Counted from the stretch's first letter, positions 28,818-39,049 are shown. The stretch: DNA of 64,000 nt from Chloroflexota bacterium (GCA_009840945.1 VXMU01000114.1:5718-69717); one strand, 5' to 3'. The notes: a model not told the origin generated them from the sequence alone. A program made the numbers and translations.

Positions 28818-29033
28818 TTAGAGCAGGCGGCGGATGGGCTTGCGGCCCGGTCGGGGGTCGTAGTTCGCCTTGAACATCTCGAGCTTGTCGCGCTCGATGA
28901 GGTACTTGCCGGCGAAGAGGACGGCGGGGACGCGCTTCTGCTTGATGAGGCGTCGGAGGCTCTGGGGGTGGATCCCGAGTTCGCCGGCGGCTTCCACCAG
29001 GTCGAGGTAGTCGTCAAACGGAGAGTCAGGCAC
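28818..29033 (-). CDS. small helix-turn-helix DNA-binding protein (excisionase/MerR-like HTH)
   Basis: 71 aa with DYLDLVEAAGELGIHPQSLRRLIKQKRVPAV, a typical Xis/AlpA-like HTH. Confidence 0.6.
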   Translation of the reverse strand: MPDSPFDDYLDLVEAAGELGIHPQSLRRLIKQKRVPAVLFAGKYLIERDKLEMFKANYDPRPGRKPIRRLL

Positions 29034-29136
29034 GGATCACTCCTGTCGGCGCGGAAACTGCTCACGTGCGTAGACGATGCTAGTTGCCAACATCGCTAGC
29101 GTAAAGCGCATACACAATTCCGGGCCGGGGTGACCA

Positions 29137-29679
29137 CTACCTGCCTCCAGCGTCGATTCTGTACAGGTGCTGGGCCAGCGGCAGCGTTCTCTCCACTCCG
29201 ACGCTATACCCGATGAAGCTTCCGACAAACGGAACAGCGACCAGGAAGAGGTACCCGCTCCCGCTGACCCCGAAGGTGATGAGCGCTAGGGCAAACGAAC
29301 TTCCCCAGAGGACGGTTTCGAGGAAGTGGCCCGTGAGCGCTGCCCTTCTGCTTCGGTAGCGGAACTCATCGTTGTCTCTGATTTCGTCCAGGACGTCCGC
29401 TAGAGCGCCTCTGGCCGCGGAGAGCAAGACAATCAGTATCGTCATGGCGACGTGCCACAACGTAAACCAAAGAACGACTTCCAAGACCACCACCACGAGT
29501 ATGGACAGCAAGAGAACCGCTGCTGAAATTGCTATGTAGGTCGTCGCCTGCCAGACAATATCTCCAAACAAACGCTCTAATGTCCGCTCGAGAATCCAAG
29601 TGAGTATGCTTGGCGCGATCCAGCCCCTGAGTGTTCGCCTGATTCGCTGGGTGAGCCTCTGTCGCATTCGTTGAATCAC
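29137..29679 (-). CDS. hypothetical membrane protein (3-4 TM) encoded in the low-GC islet
   Basis: 180-aa ORF with atypical codon usage and hydrophobic segments ISAAVLLLSILVVVVLEVVLWFTLWHVAMTILIVLL. Confidence 0.5.
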   Translation of the reverse strand: MIQRMRQRLTQRIRRTLRGWIAPSILTWILERTLERLFGDIVWQATTYIAISAAVLLLSILVVVVLEVVLWFTLWHVAMTILIVLLSAARGALADVLDEIRDNDEFRYRSRRAALTGHFLETVLWGSSFALALITFGVSGSGYLFLVAVPFVGSFIGYSVGVERTLPLAQHLYRIDAGGR

Positions 29680-29840
29680 CTATGTGTGGAAGAGATTCAC
29701 AGGGCGCGAGGATAGGGTGACGAGCGGGCGATTCGCCAGCGCTAGATTCTGCAACGATCAACTGCTCAATCAGAACTCTCTTGGCGGCGATAGCTCCTAC
29801 TATGTCGAGTGCTGTGTAGGCGTGTACGTAGCCGCTGTGA

Positions 29841-29866
29841 GAAGCCCCCGCGTGAGCGGGGGCTTC
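29841..29866. terminator. GC-rich hairpin at islet boundary, 3' of the acdA stop
   Basis: gaagcccccgcgtgagcgggggcttc perfect 9-bp stem; no clear U-tract. Confidence 0.4.
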
Positions 29867-29894
29867 CGTGTCTTGCCGGGGTTCGAGGCCGGGG

Positions 29895-31325
29895 CTATCC
29901 GGCCTCGTCCACCCACTCGTAGTAGTTGATCACCCGCGACAGGGCGAGCGCCGCGCGGTCGAAGCTGGGGAAGACGGCGAGCCCGCGCGCGACCACCTGG
30001 TCGCGGATCGGGATCACCTCTTCGTCCATCGCGCCGCCGTGCATCACCGTCACCAGCGGCAGGCCCGTGCGCTCACGGAACCCGTCCAGCTCGTCGAGCA
30101 TCTCCTCGAGGCGCTCCGGGTGGTCCTTCCACATCCGCGCGAAGAACCCGGCCGAGAACTCGAACACCATCGCGTCGATGTTCGGGTCGTCGCCCACCGC
30201 CTGCATGATGCGCGCGAGGTTCGCCGAGTCGCCCGCCATGCCGATGGTGTTCGCCATGTCGAACGGGTTGCGGAACGAGCCGCCGATGACGTTGAAGAAC
30301 TCGCCGATCCGCTCGTAGGTCTTGTCCGCGAGCTCCGGCACCTCCAGGCCCTGCCGGCCGAACGCGTCGGAGATCGCGACGGACTGCCCGCCCGTCATCG
30401 CCATCAGCGCGAGGCGGCGGCCTCGAGGAGCCGTGGTGTGGACCAGCGCCTGCAGTGCGTCCACCATCTCGTCGACCGAGTTCGCGGGGATGGCGCCGGT
30501 CTGCGCGATGAGCGCGTTCCAGGTCGCCATCGGCGTCGCCAGCGAGGCCGTGTGCGAGCGCGTCGCGCGCTGGCCGGCGGCGGTCTGGCCGCCCTTCCAG
30601 ATCACGACGGGCTTCTTCGGGGTGGTCTCGCGCAGCGCCTGGAAGAAGCGCCGCCCGTCCTTGAGGCCCTCGAGATAGACGCCGATCACCTCGGTGTCCG
30701 GGTCGTCGCGGAGGTACTCGATGTAGTCGGCCTCGTTGACGACCACGGCGTTCCCGAAGGAGATGCCGCGGCTCACGGGGATGCCGACACGCTGCGCCAT
30801 GGTGGTGGCGCCGATGGTGTGCGTGCCGCTCTGGCCCATGATGGAGACGGTGCCGCCGTCGCCGTGGTCGACGCCGTCGCTGAACTTCACGCCCTGGCGG
30901 CGGTTGTACACGCCCATGCAGTTGGGCCCGACGATCGGCATGCCGGCGTCGTTGGCGAGCTGCACGATGCGGTCCTGCAGCTCCGCGGCATCCTCTTCGC
31001 CGGTCTCGGCGAAGCCGGCCGAGAAGATGGCCATGCCGCCGACGTTCTTCTTGATCGAGTCGGCGACGATGAACGGCACGATCGGCCGCGGCACCGCGCA
31101 GATGACGAGGTCGATGTCCTCGGGGACCTCCTCGAGCTTGAGGTAGTTGGTGAAGCCGCGCTTCTCGATCTCGGTGATCTCGTTCGGGTCGAGCTGCACC
31201 GAGTAGAGCGGGCCGACGAAGTCACGGTTGTTCTCGAGCCAGCCGAAGTCCGGCCCCTTCGCGCCCACCACCGCGACGGAGCGAGGGGTCAGCGTGCGGT
31301 GCAGGCGGTCGCGGTCGACAGCCAT
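29895..31325 (-). CDS. acetate--CoA ligase (ADP-forming) alpha subunit (CoA-binding / succinyl-CoA-synthetase-like)
   Basis: CoA-binding N-terminus VAVVGAK and NCMGV, the SIMGQSGT phospho-His loop; 476 aa. Confidence 0.8.
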   Translation of the reverse strand: MAVDRDRLHRTLTPRSVAVVGAKGPDFGWLENNRDFVGPLYSVQLDPNEITEIEKRGFTNYLKLEEVPEDIDLVICAVPRPIVPFIVADSIKKNVGGMAIFSAGFAETGEEDAAELQDRIVQLANDAGMPIVGPNCMGVYNRRQGVKFSDGVDHGDGGTVSIMGQSGTHTIGATTMAQRVGIPVSRGISFGNAVVVNEADYIEYLRDDPDTEVIGVYLEGLKDGRRFFQALRETTPKKPVVIWKGGQTAAGQRATRSHTASLATPMATWNALIAQTGAIPANSVDEMVDALQALVHTTAPRGRRLALMAMTGGQSVAISDAFGRQGLEVPELADKTYERIGEFFNVIGGSFRNPFDMANTIGMAGDSANLARIMQAVGDDPNIDAMVFEFSAGFFARMWKDHPERLEEMLDELDGFRERTGLPLVTVMHGGAMDEEVIPIRDQVVARGLAVFPSFDRAALALSRVINYYEWVDEAG

Positions 31326-31329
31326 GACG

Positions 31330-32031
31330 CTAGTCCTCCGCCAGCACGACGCGCGCGTCGACCGCGATGGCGCCGTCCGGGTAGGCGAAGACGGGGTTGA
31401 GGTCGAGCTCGGCGACCTCGGGATGCTCGTTCGCGAACTCGGAGACCTGGAGGATCATCGCCTCCAGCGCGTCGAGGTCTGCGCCGGCCTGGCCGCGCAC
31501 GCCCTCGAGCACCGGGTAGCCGCGAATCTCGCGTACGATCTGGCGCGCGTCGCGCGCCTCCAGCGGGACGATGCGGAACGCAACGTCGCGCAGCACCTCG
31601 ACCATGATGCCGCCGAGGCCGAAGGCGAGGACGGGGCCGAACTGCGGGTCGGTGGTGGTGCCGATGATCACCTCGGTGCCCTGGTCGGCCATCTGCTGTA
31701 CCGAGACGCCGTCGACGCTCGAGCCGGGGGCGGCCTCGGCGACCGCGGACATCATCCGGTCGTAGGCGGCGCGGACGGCGTCGCCGTCGCCGAGGTTGAG
31801 CTCGACGCCGCCGACGTCGGACTTGTGGGCGATGTCGCCGGAGACGACCTTGAGGACCGCGGGGTAGCCGATGTCATCGGCGGCGGCCACGGCGTCGTCG
31901 GCGCTCGTCGCGAGGCGAGCCTGGGTAACGTTGATCCCGGCGTCGTGCAGCAGTTGCTTGGACTCGACCTCGGTCAGCAGCGTGCGACCATCCGCACGCG
32001 CGGCCGCGATCGGCCCATTCCCGTCGCTCAT
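31330..32031 (-). CDS. acetate--CoA ligase (ADP-forming) beta subunit (ATP-grasp domain)
   Basis: ATP-grasp pattern GYPAVLKVVSGDIAHKSDVGGV; GGAG SD upstream of ATG 32031; 4 nt from the alpha subunit. Confidence 0.8.
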   Translation of the reverse strand: MSDGNGPIAAARADGRTLLTEVESKQLLHDAGINVTQARLATSADDAVAAADDIGYPAVLKVVSGDIAHKSDVGGVELNLGDGDAVRAAYDRMMSAVAEAAPGSSVDGVSVQQMADQGTEVIIGTTTDPQFGPVLAFGLGGIMVEVLRDVAFRIVPLEARDARQIVREIRGYPVLEGVRGQAGADLDALEAMILQVSEFANEHPEVAELDLNPVFAYPDGAIAVDARVVLAED

Positions 32032-32187
32032 GTTGGAGGCGTCTCCTCGTTCCCGCCCCGCCGGTCGCGAGGCGCGCGGATCATACAGCACGTGGACGGA
32101 ACGCGCGGCAGCGTGACGGGCCTCACGAAGGGCTTCCGCAGGCCCCGCTTGCGGCCCGCGTTGCACGGGGACGCACCGCGCCGGACG

Positions 32188-32928
32188 ATGGTGGCGATGG
32201 GCCTGCGACGCCGCTTCGCCGCCTTCCGTGACCGCCTCGGCCCGCCGCGTGGCGAGCCCGCCGACCGGGCGCCCGAGGACGCCGCCGACGACTCCGGCGA
32301 GGCCGTGCGGCCGCGGCTCATCGTGGGCCTCGGCAACCCCGGCCCGGAGTACCGGGGGACGCGCCACAACGTCGGGATGTGGACCATCCAGCGGCTGGCC
32401 GAGCGGCACGGCGCCGAGCTCGCCCGCGACACGCGCGTCTGGCGCGCGACCGTGGAGGTCGACGGGCGACCACTCCACCTGGCCGCCTCGCGCTCCTGGT
32501 ACAACGAGAGCGGCCCGGCCGTGGCGTCGGAGCTGCGGCGGCTGCGGCTGCGACGCACGCAGCTGCTCGTGATCTACGACGACATCGACATGGCCGTGGC
32601 GCGCGTGCGCATGCGGCCGCATGGGGGGCACGGCGGCAACAACGGCATGCGGTCGATCCTCGACGCGCTCGGGGGCGGCGACTTCCCGCGCGTCCGTATT
32701 GGCATCGACCGCCCGTACGACCCGGACCCCGACGACCCGGACGAGGAGCACAGCCGCGGCCGACCCGTGCGCGACCCGGACCGCGTCGCGGACTGGGTGC
32801 TCTCCCGACCTCCCCCGGAGGAGCGCGCCGCCCTCGACGCCGCCATCCGCGACGTGGCCGACGCGATCGAGCTTGCCGCGGTCGAGGGTGTCGAGGCGGC
32901 GATGAACCGGCTCAACCGGCGGGAGTAG
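32188..32928 (+). CDS. pth: peptidyl-tRNA hydrolase with N-terminal extension and Asp/Pro-rich insertion
   Basis: LIVGLGNPGPEYRGTRHNVGM Pth signature and catalytic His; insertion RPYDPDPDDPDEE. Confidence 0.8.
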   Translation: MVAMGLRRRFAAFRDRLGPPRGEPADRAPEDAADDSGEAVRPRLIVGLGNPGPEYRGTRHNVGMWTIQRLAERHGAELARDTRVWRATVEVDGRPLHLAASRSWYNESGPAVASELRRLRLRRTQLLVIYDDIDMAVARVRMRPHGGHGGNNGMRSILDALGGGDFPRVRIGIDRPYDPDPDDPDEEHSRGRPVRDPDRVADWVLSRPPPEERAALDAAIRDVADAIELAAVEGVEAAMNRLNRRE

Positions 32929-32986
32929 GTGGAGGCCCGCAGCGCCCTGAAGCCCTCGCCCGTCACGGGGGCCGCGCTACACTGGA

Positions 32987-35900
32987 ATGGCGAACGGACG
33001 CGACCGAAGGGGACTCCCGCGGGGAGCGCCCCTGTTTCGGCGTGCCCCCTTGGAGCGCACACGAGACGAGGAGCCCCTGCAACTCGCACCCCTGCTCGGC
33101 AGCCTCGACCGCGTCGAGCCGCTCGCCGCGTCCGCCGCCCACCTCGGCGCGGGCGGGCGCGCGACCATCGGCGTGCTCGACGCCGCCAAGACGACCGTCG
33201 CCGCGTGGCTGTGGCGCAGGCTGCGCACGCCCACGCTGCTCGTCGTCCCGCGCGAGACCGACGCCGACGCCGCACTCGACGCGCTGCGGGCGTGGGCGGG
33301 CGAGGCCGTCGTCCCGTTCCCCGCGCGCACTGGCCTGCCCTACGCGCGCGAGGACCCGCCGACCGACGTGACGCGTGGCCGTCTCGAGGTGCTCGCGCGG
33401 CTCGCGCGCGCCGGCGGTGGCGGGCCGCCGCCCCTGATCGTCGCGTCGACCGCGGCCGTGACCGGCCCCACCGCGCGCCCCGCGGACCGCGGCGCCGGGC
33501 CCGCGCGGGTCACCGTCGGCGACCGCGTCACCATCGAGGACCTCGCGGTACGCCTCGTCGGCGCGGGGTACGAGGTCGGCCCGCTCGTCGAGCAGCCGGG
33601 GCAGGCCGCGCGACGCGGCGGCCTCGTGGACGTCTTCGCGCCGACCGAGCCGACGCCGGTGCGCATCGAGCTGTTCGGCGACGAGGTGGAGTCGATCCGC
33701 CGCTTCGACGCCGAGACGCAGCGCACCGTCGAGATGGTCGAGGGCGTACACATCGGCCCGGCGAGCGAGTGGTTCCCGACCCGCGAGGCGCTGAGCGAGC
33801 TCGCCGGCCACCTCGCGCCCCCTCGACGACGCGCGCTCGACGATCTCGCCGCCGAGGAGCTCGCGGCGCTGCGGCGCGGGGAGCTGCCGTCGCCCGCGCG
33901 CTACGGGCCCCTCGCCGCGAATGCGACGCTGCTCGACCACCTCGGCCCCGGCGCACTCGTGATCGTCGACGAGCCCGACGCGGTCCACGCAGCCGCCGCC
34001 GAGCAGGACGCGCTCGCCGCCGAGCGGCGCGACCAGCTCGTCGCGGTCCGCGACCTCGGGCCGGAGGCGCCGCCCCCGCACCTCGAGGAGCAGGCACTGA
34101 TCCGCGAGCTCGACCAGCGCGCGCCGCGCGCCGACCTCGAACGCTGGGCGACGGGCCGCGAGCGCGACGGCTTCCGCGTCCCGTTCGCGCCGCACGACGC
34201 CTACGCGGGCCGGCTACAGGCGGCGGCTCGCGAGCTGGTGCGCGGGGTGCCGCGTGGCGACCGCATCGTCGTGCTCACGCAGCAGGCGCAGCGCTTCGGG
34301 GAGCTGCTGGCCGAGGCAGGTCTCGACGCCGGGGTGCTCGACCGCCTCGACGCGCCGCCCGCGGGCGCCTCGCTCTCGCTCGTGCAGGGCTCGCTGCCGG
34401 GCGGGTGGCGGATCGAGACGCCCGAGGGGCGCGTGGCGCTCGCGACCGACGCGGAACTGATGGGGTTCGTGCGCAAGCGGCGGGCGCTGCGGCAGTCGGC
34501 GTCGCACCGCGCGCAGTTCCTCGCCGAGGTCTCCCCCGGCGACTTCGTGGTGCACTCCGAGCACGGCATCGCGCGCTTCGCGGGGATCGTCCGCCGCTCC
34601 GTTGGCGACGAGCAGCGCGACTACCTCCAGCTCAACTACGCCGGGGACGACCGCCTGTACGTGCCGATCGAGCAAGTCGACCGGGTCACCCGCTACGTCG
34701 CCTCCTCAGGGCACATCCCCCGGCTCACGCGGCTCGGCACGCAGGAGTGGGCGCGCACGCGCGCGAGGGTGCGCGAGGCGGTCGGCGAGGTCGCCGCCGA
34801 CCTGTTGCGGCTGTACGCGGCGCGCCAGCTGCTGCGCGGACACGCCTTCGGGACCGACACCGAGTGGCAGCGCGAGATGGAGGCGGCGTTCCCGTACGAG
34901 GAGACCGAGGACCAGCTCGCCGCGATCACCGCCGTGAAGGAGGACATGGAGGGCGTGCGGCCCATGGACCGCATCGTCCTCGGAGACGTCGGGTTCGGGA
35001 AGACCGAGGTCGCCGTGCGCGCCGCCTTCAAGGCCGTGCAGGACGGCTACCAGGTCGCCGTGCTGGTCCCCACCACGGTGCTGGCCCAGCAGCACGAGCG
35101 CACGTTCCGCGAGCGGCTCGCGCCGTTCCCCGTGCAGATCGAGGCGCTCTCGCGGTTCCGCACGGACGCGGAGGCGCGCGAGGTCGCCTCGGGCCTGCGG
35201 TCGGGCGAGGTCGACATCGTGATCGGCACGCACCGGCTGCTCCAGGCGGGCATCGAGTTCGCCAACCTCGGCCTCGTCGTCATCGACGAGGAGCAGCGCT
35301 TCGGCGTGGCGCACAAGGAGCGGCTCAAGCGCATGCGCCTGGAGGTCGACGTGCTGACGCTGTCGGCGACGCCGATCCCTCGCACGCTGCACATGTCGCT
35401 GGCCGGCATCCGGGACATGTCGCCGATGGACACCGCGCCCGAGGACCGCCTGCCGGTGCAGACCTTCGTCGCCGAGTGGGACGATGCGCTGGTGCGCGAC
35501 GCGATCCTCAACGAGCAGGAGCGCGGCGGGCAGGTCTACCTCGTCCACAACCGCGTCGAGACCATCGATCGCGTCGCGGAGCAGGTGCGGGCGCTGGCGC
35601 CGGAGGCGCGCGTGATCGTGGGCCACGGGCAGATGCCGAAGGCCGTGCTGCGAGGCGTGATGGAGCGCTTCTCCGCGGGCGACGCCGACGTGCTGGTGTG
35701 CACGACGATCATCGAGTCGGGCATCGACATCCCGAACGTGAACACGCTCATCATCGACCGCGCCGAGCTGCTTGGCATGGCGCAGCTCTACCAGCTTCGT
35801 GGGCGCGTCGGGCGCGGGGCGCAGCAGGCGCACGCCTACCTGCTGCACCGCCGCGACCGCGTGCTCACCGAGGTGCAGCAGCAGCGCCTGGCGACGATCT

Positions 35901-36577
35901 TCGAGGCGACCGAGCTGGGCGCCGGCTTCCAGGTGGCGCTGCGCGACCTCGAGATCCGCGGCGCGGGCAACCTGCTGGGCGCGGAGCAGAGCGGCCAGAT
36001 CGCCTCGGTGGGCTTCGACCTCTACACGCAGATGCTGGCCGAGGCAGTCGCCGAGCAGCGCGCCGCGCACGACGGCGAGGCCGCCGCCGCGGCGGCCCCG
36101 CCGCCGCCGGTCTCCGTCGACCTGCCGGTGACGGCGTACATCCCCGAGCCGTACATGGAGGACATCGAGGCACGCGTCGCGCTCTACCAGCGCATCGCCG
36201 GGCTGCGCTCGCTCGACGCCGCGGCCGACCTGCGAGCGGAGATCGAGGACCGCTTCGGCGTCCTGCCGCCGCCGCTTGAGCAGCTCCTCGCCCTCGTGCG
36301 GATCCGCCTCGCGGCCGGCGGGGCGCGTGTGGCGGCCGTGCGCGCCGAGGGCGACGTGGTGGTCGTCGGCGCGGTCGAGGACAGCCCGTTCAGCAGGCGT
36401 CATCTGCCGTCGCTGCCCCCGGCGATCGAGGTGGGCCGGACGCAGCTGCGCGTGACCCGCGACCGGCTCGGCGAGGACTGGCTGCACTCCATCGAGTTGC
36501 TGCTGCGCCTGCTCGCCACCCCGCAGCCCGCGGGCGGCGCTGCGCGCGAGCCCGCTGCGGCAGTGAGGGGCGCATGA
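32987..36577 (+). CDS. mfd: transcription-repair coupling factor Mfd
   Basis: UvrB-homology N-terminus, DEAD/DEAH helicase motifs GDVGFGKTEVA and VIDEEQRFG, TRG motif and C-terminal D7; 1196 aa. Confidence 0.9.
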   Translation: MANGRDRRGLPRGAPLFRRAPLERTRDEEPLQLAPLLGSLDRVEPLAASAAHLGAGGRATIGVLDAAKTTVAAWLWRRLRTPTLLVVPRETDADAALDALRAWAGEAVVPFPARTGLPYAREDPPTDVTRGRLEVLARLARAGGGGPPPLIVASTAAVTGPTARPADRGAGPARVTVGDRVTIEDLAVRLVGAGYEVGPLVEQPGQAARRGGLVDVFAPTEPTPVRIELFGDEVESIRRFDAETQRTVEMVEGVHIGPASEWFPTREALSELAGHLAPPRRRALDDLAAEELAALRRGELPSPARYGPLAANATLLDHLGPGALVIVDEPDAVHAAAAEQDALAAERRDQLVAVRDLGPEAPPPHLEEQALIRELDQRAPRADLERWATGRERDGFRVPFAPHDAYAGRLQAAARELVRGVPRGDRIVVLTQQAQRFGELLAEAGLDAGVLDRLDAPPAGASLSLVQGSLPGGWRIETPEGRVALATDAELMGFVRKRRALRQSASHRAQFLAEVSPGDFVVHSEHGIARFAGIVRRSVGDEQRDYLQLNYAGDDRLYVPIEQVDRVTRYVASSGHIPRLTRLGTQEWARTRARVREAVGEVAADLLRLYAARQLLRGHAFGTDTEWQREMEAAFPYEETEDQLAAITAVKEDMEGVRPMDRIVLGDVGFGKTEVAVRAAFKAVQDGYQVAVLVPTTVLAQQHERTFRERLAPFPVQIEALSRFRTDAEAREVASGLRSGEVDIVIGTHRLLQAGIEFANLGLVVIDEEQRFGVAHKERLKRMRLEVDVLTLSATPIPRTLHMSLAGIRDMSPMDTAPEDRLPVQTFVAEWDDALVRDAILNEQERGGQVYLVHNRVETIDRVAEQVRALAPEARVIVGHGQMPKAVLRGVMERFSAGDADVLVCTTIIESGIDIPNVNTLIIDRAELLGMAQLYQLRGRVGRGAQQAHAYLLHRRDRVLTEVQQQRLATIFEATELGAGFQVALRDLEIRGAGNLLGAEQSGQIASVGFDLYTQMLAEAVAEQRAAHDGEAAAAAAPPPPVSVDLPVTAYIPEPYMEDIEARVALYQRIAGLRSLDAAADLRAEIEDRFGVLPPPLEQLLALVRIRLAAGGARVAAVRAEGDVVVVGAVEDSPFSRRHLPSLPPAIEVGRTQLRVTRDRLGEDWLHSIELLLRLLATPQPAGGAAREPAAAVRGA

Positions 36578-37035
36578 CCACCGTCGAGCTGCGGCTGGTG
36601 GAGGCCTCGGAGCGGGCGGACTTCGTCGCCATGCTCGGCGACTACCTGCGCGAGCTCGACGCGTACGAGCTGCCGTGGGACCCGGCGCCCGCGCCCGAGG
36701 ACTACGCCCGCGCGTTCGAGGACGACCCCGAGGGGCAGCTCATCGAGTGGATGGTCGCCGGCGGTGAGCGCGCGGGCTTCCTCATCTCGCGCGTCGTGCC
36801 CGACTGGCCCGAGGAGCACCGCTCGGTCGGCGAGGTGATCGAGTGCTACGTCGCGCCGCCGTTCCGCCGCCGCGGTGTGGGCCGCGCGGCCGTGGAGGCG
36901 TGGCTGGAGCGGCAGCGCGCGGACGGCGTGGACCTCGTGGAGGCCTCGGTGCTCTCGCTCAACACGCCCGCGCTCGCGTTCTGGGAGCGCATGGGCTTCG
37001 AGACGCGCGCCGTCCAGACGGTACGTCGGCCGTGA
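36574..37035 (+). CDS. GNAT family N-acetyltransferase
   Basis: RRRGVGRAAVEAWLE acetyl-CoA binding motif; ATGA overlap with the mfd stop. Confidence 0.7.
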   Translation: MTTVELRLVEASERADFVAMLGDYLRELDAYELPWDPAPAPEDYARAFEDDPEGQLIEWMVAGGERAGFLISRVVPDWPEEHRSVGEVIECYVAPPFRRRGVGRAAVEAWLERQRADGVDLVEASVLSLNTPALAFWERMGFETRAVQTVRRP

Positions 37036-37084
37036 GCTAACCTCGGTTGACCACGTTCGAGGCACTTCGAGGGGACCGCACACC

Positions 37085-37978
37085 GTGATCTGGGACGTCC
37101 ACTGCCACTTCCCTCGCAACTGGGAGCACCCGGAAGACAACGACCATACGCGCACCATCGACAGCCGCGCCGACGCGCTGCGGGCGGCCGGCGTCGTGCG
37201 CGCCTCGGTGCTCTCCGGCGGGAGCCGCGAGTTCGGCCCCACCCACGACGAGGCGCTTCCGTACCTGCGCCGCCACGAGGACCTGATGGTGCCCGTGGCC
37301 CACCTGCTGGTGGACGACACGCCGCGCGGCGAGGTCACGCGACTGCACGGCCTCGGCTACCGCGGCCTCAAGATCATCGGCTCGCGACTGCCGTACGACG
37401 ACTACCGCTACTTCCACATCTACACGGAGGCCGAGGACCTGCGGATGCCGACCCTCTTCCACTGCGGGGTCATCGGCGGGGGAGTGGACTACTCGATCAC
37501 CCACCCGCGGCGTGACCCCGCGGCCGCCGAGTCGCTCATGCGCTGGCGCCAGTTCCGCGGCCGCATGCCGCGCGACGTCTCGGCGATGCGCATGCGCCCG
37601 TTCCACCTCGACACCATCGCCAACAACTTCCCGGACCTGCCGATCATCGGCGCGCACATGGGCGGCACCGGGAACTACGACGAGGCCTCGTCGGTGGCGC
37701 GCTGGCGGCACAACGTCGTCTTCGACCTCTCGGGCGGCGACACCATCGAGCGACACGCCTACGAGCGCGGCCTGATCGGCAAGGAGATCGGGGTCGAGAA
37801 GCTGGTGTGGGGCTCCGACTGCGGTGACCACGAGATCGGCCCGCACGTCGACAGCCTGCGCGACATCATGGCGAAGCTCGAACTGACCGAGGAGGAGGCG
37901 GACCGCATCTGGTACCGCAACGCCGCCGAGATGTTCGGTGAGGCGGAACCCCAGCTGGCGGCCATGCCCGCGAAGTGA
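37085..37978 (+). CDS. amidohydrolase-2 family metal-dependent hydrolase (TIM barrel)
   Basis: VIWDVHCHFP metal-binding start and a downstream His/Asp pattern; GTG start. Confidence 0.65.
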   Translation: MIWDVHCHFPRNWEHPEDNDHTRTIDSRADALRAAGVVRASVLSGGSREFGPTHDEALPYLRRHEDLMVPVAHLLVDDTPRGEVTRLHGLGYRGLKIIGSRLPYDDYRYFHIYTEAEDLRMPTLFHCGVIGGGVDYSITHPRRDPAAAESLMRWRQFRGRMPRDVSAMRMRPFHLDTIANNFPDLPIIGAHMGGTGNYDEASSVARWRHNVVFDLSGGDTIERHAYERGLIGKEIGVEKLVWGSDCGDHEIGPHVDSLRDIMAKLELTEEEADRIWYRNAAEMFGEAEPQLAAMPAK

Positions 37979-38871
37979 CCAGCCCGACCGAACCGGCCGG
38001 CCCCGACACACCCGACGACACCACCGCCGCGCCCTCCGTCGAGTTCGGCCTCGCCGGTCGGCCTCCCATCGTGCGGGTCGAGTACGAGCGGCACCGGACG
38101 CCGGTGCCGATCCTCGATGCGCCCGTGGTGGCGCTCACGCTGGCGGTCACGCTCGCGTTCCTGATGTTCGTGCTGATCGAGCCGACGCCGGGGTGGATCG
38201 CGCTGGCCGGCGCGGTCGCCGCCGCGGCGGGGACGGACCGCGTGCTGCGGTTCGCGCGGCCGCGCCCGGTCGAGCTCGGCATCGACCCGACGCCGCAGGT
38301 GCTGCTCCCGGCGCTCTACGCGCTCGCTGCGCCCGTGATGGTCGAGGAGCTGGCGCGGGGCTGGTGGACGCTCCTCGCGGCGCTCGGCGCCGGACTGGGC
38401 TTCGGGGCGATCGTGCTGGCGCAGACGCACTCGGTCCGCCCCCACGAGCAGTGGCTGGCGTTCGCGCGCCCCGTGACGAGCGCGGCGGTGTACGTCACGG
38501 CGTTCGCGCTGTTCTCGCTCACGTACGTCTTCGAGCTGGGGCTCGCGGCCGCCCTCGCCGCCGTCGCGCTCGCCGCCGGGCTACTGGCGGTCGAGCTGCT
38601 GCGCGACGGCCAGGCCGACCTCTCGGACACGATCGCGTTCGGCGGCGTGGTAGCGCTGGTGGTGACGCAGCTGCGGTGGGCACTGCACTACGTGCCGCTC
38701 GATGGCTACCTCGCCGCGCTGGCGCTGCTGCTCGCCTTCTTCCTGACGGGCGGGCTGCTGCACGCGCACCTCACGCTGCAGCTGCGGCGCGCGGTGGTGG
38801 TGCAGTACGTGGCGGTCTCGGCCCTCGGCGGCGTGTTGATCATCGGCGCGCGGAGCGCCGGGCTGGCGTAG
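37975..38871 (+). CDS. hypothetical polytopic membrane protein
   Basis: 298-aa ORF with 6-8 hydrophobic helices; 4-nt overlap with the upstream gene. Confidence 0.45.
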   Translation: MTSPTEPAGPDTPDDTTAAPSVEFGLAGRPPIVRVEYERHRTPVPILDAPVVALTLAVTLAFLMFVLIEPTPGWIALAGAVAAAAGTDRVLRFARPRPVELGIDPTPQVLLPALYALAAPVMVEELARGWWTLLAALGAGLGFGAIVLAQTHSVRPHEQWLAFARPVTSAAVYVTAFALFSLTYVFELGLAAALAAVALAAGLLAVELLRDGQADLSDTIAFGGVVALVVTQLRWALHYVPLDGYLAALALLLAFFLTGGLLHAHLTLQLRRAVVVQYVAVSALGGVLIIGARSAGLA

Positions 38872-38947
38872 GCGCGCGCGAGGGGCCACGTCGCCCGCCC
38901 CATCGCTCGCCCGTCGGGCGCCTGCTACCATCGTTGGGCTGCCGCGT

Positions 38948-39024
38948 CGGGGAGTGGCGTAGCTTGGTAGCGCACCTGACTGGGGGTCAGGAGGTCGCCG
39001 GTTCAAATCCGGCCTCCCCGACCA
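38948..39024 (+). tRNA. tRNA-Pro (anticodon GGG)
   Basis: Cloverleaf folded by hand. Acceptor CGGGGAG/CTCCCCG, D-arm GCGT-agcttggta-GCGC, anticodon stem CCTGA/TCAGG with loop cuGGGgg, variable aggtc, T-arm GCCGG-ttcaaat-CCGGC, discriminator A and encoded CCA. Confidence 0.85.
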
Positions 39025-39049
39025 ATCCGACGACGTACGGCAACGCAAA

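Larger units (their letters stand above)
29037..29870. other. low-GC islet (~45-57% GC vs ~70% background), probable horizontally acquired remnant
   Basis: Sharp compositional drop visible directly in the sequence; contains one membrane-protein gene and no recognisable mobility gene. Confidence 0.6.

Noticed and set aside
29841-29900. Possible attachment-site inverted repeats at the low-GC islet boundary
   Set aside because: Only a simple GC hairpin and the short palindrome ggccggggctatccggcc are present. I found no matching repeat at the other islet boundary, so there is no att evidence.
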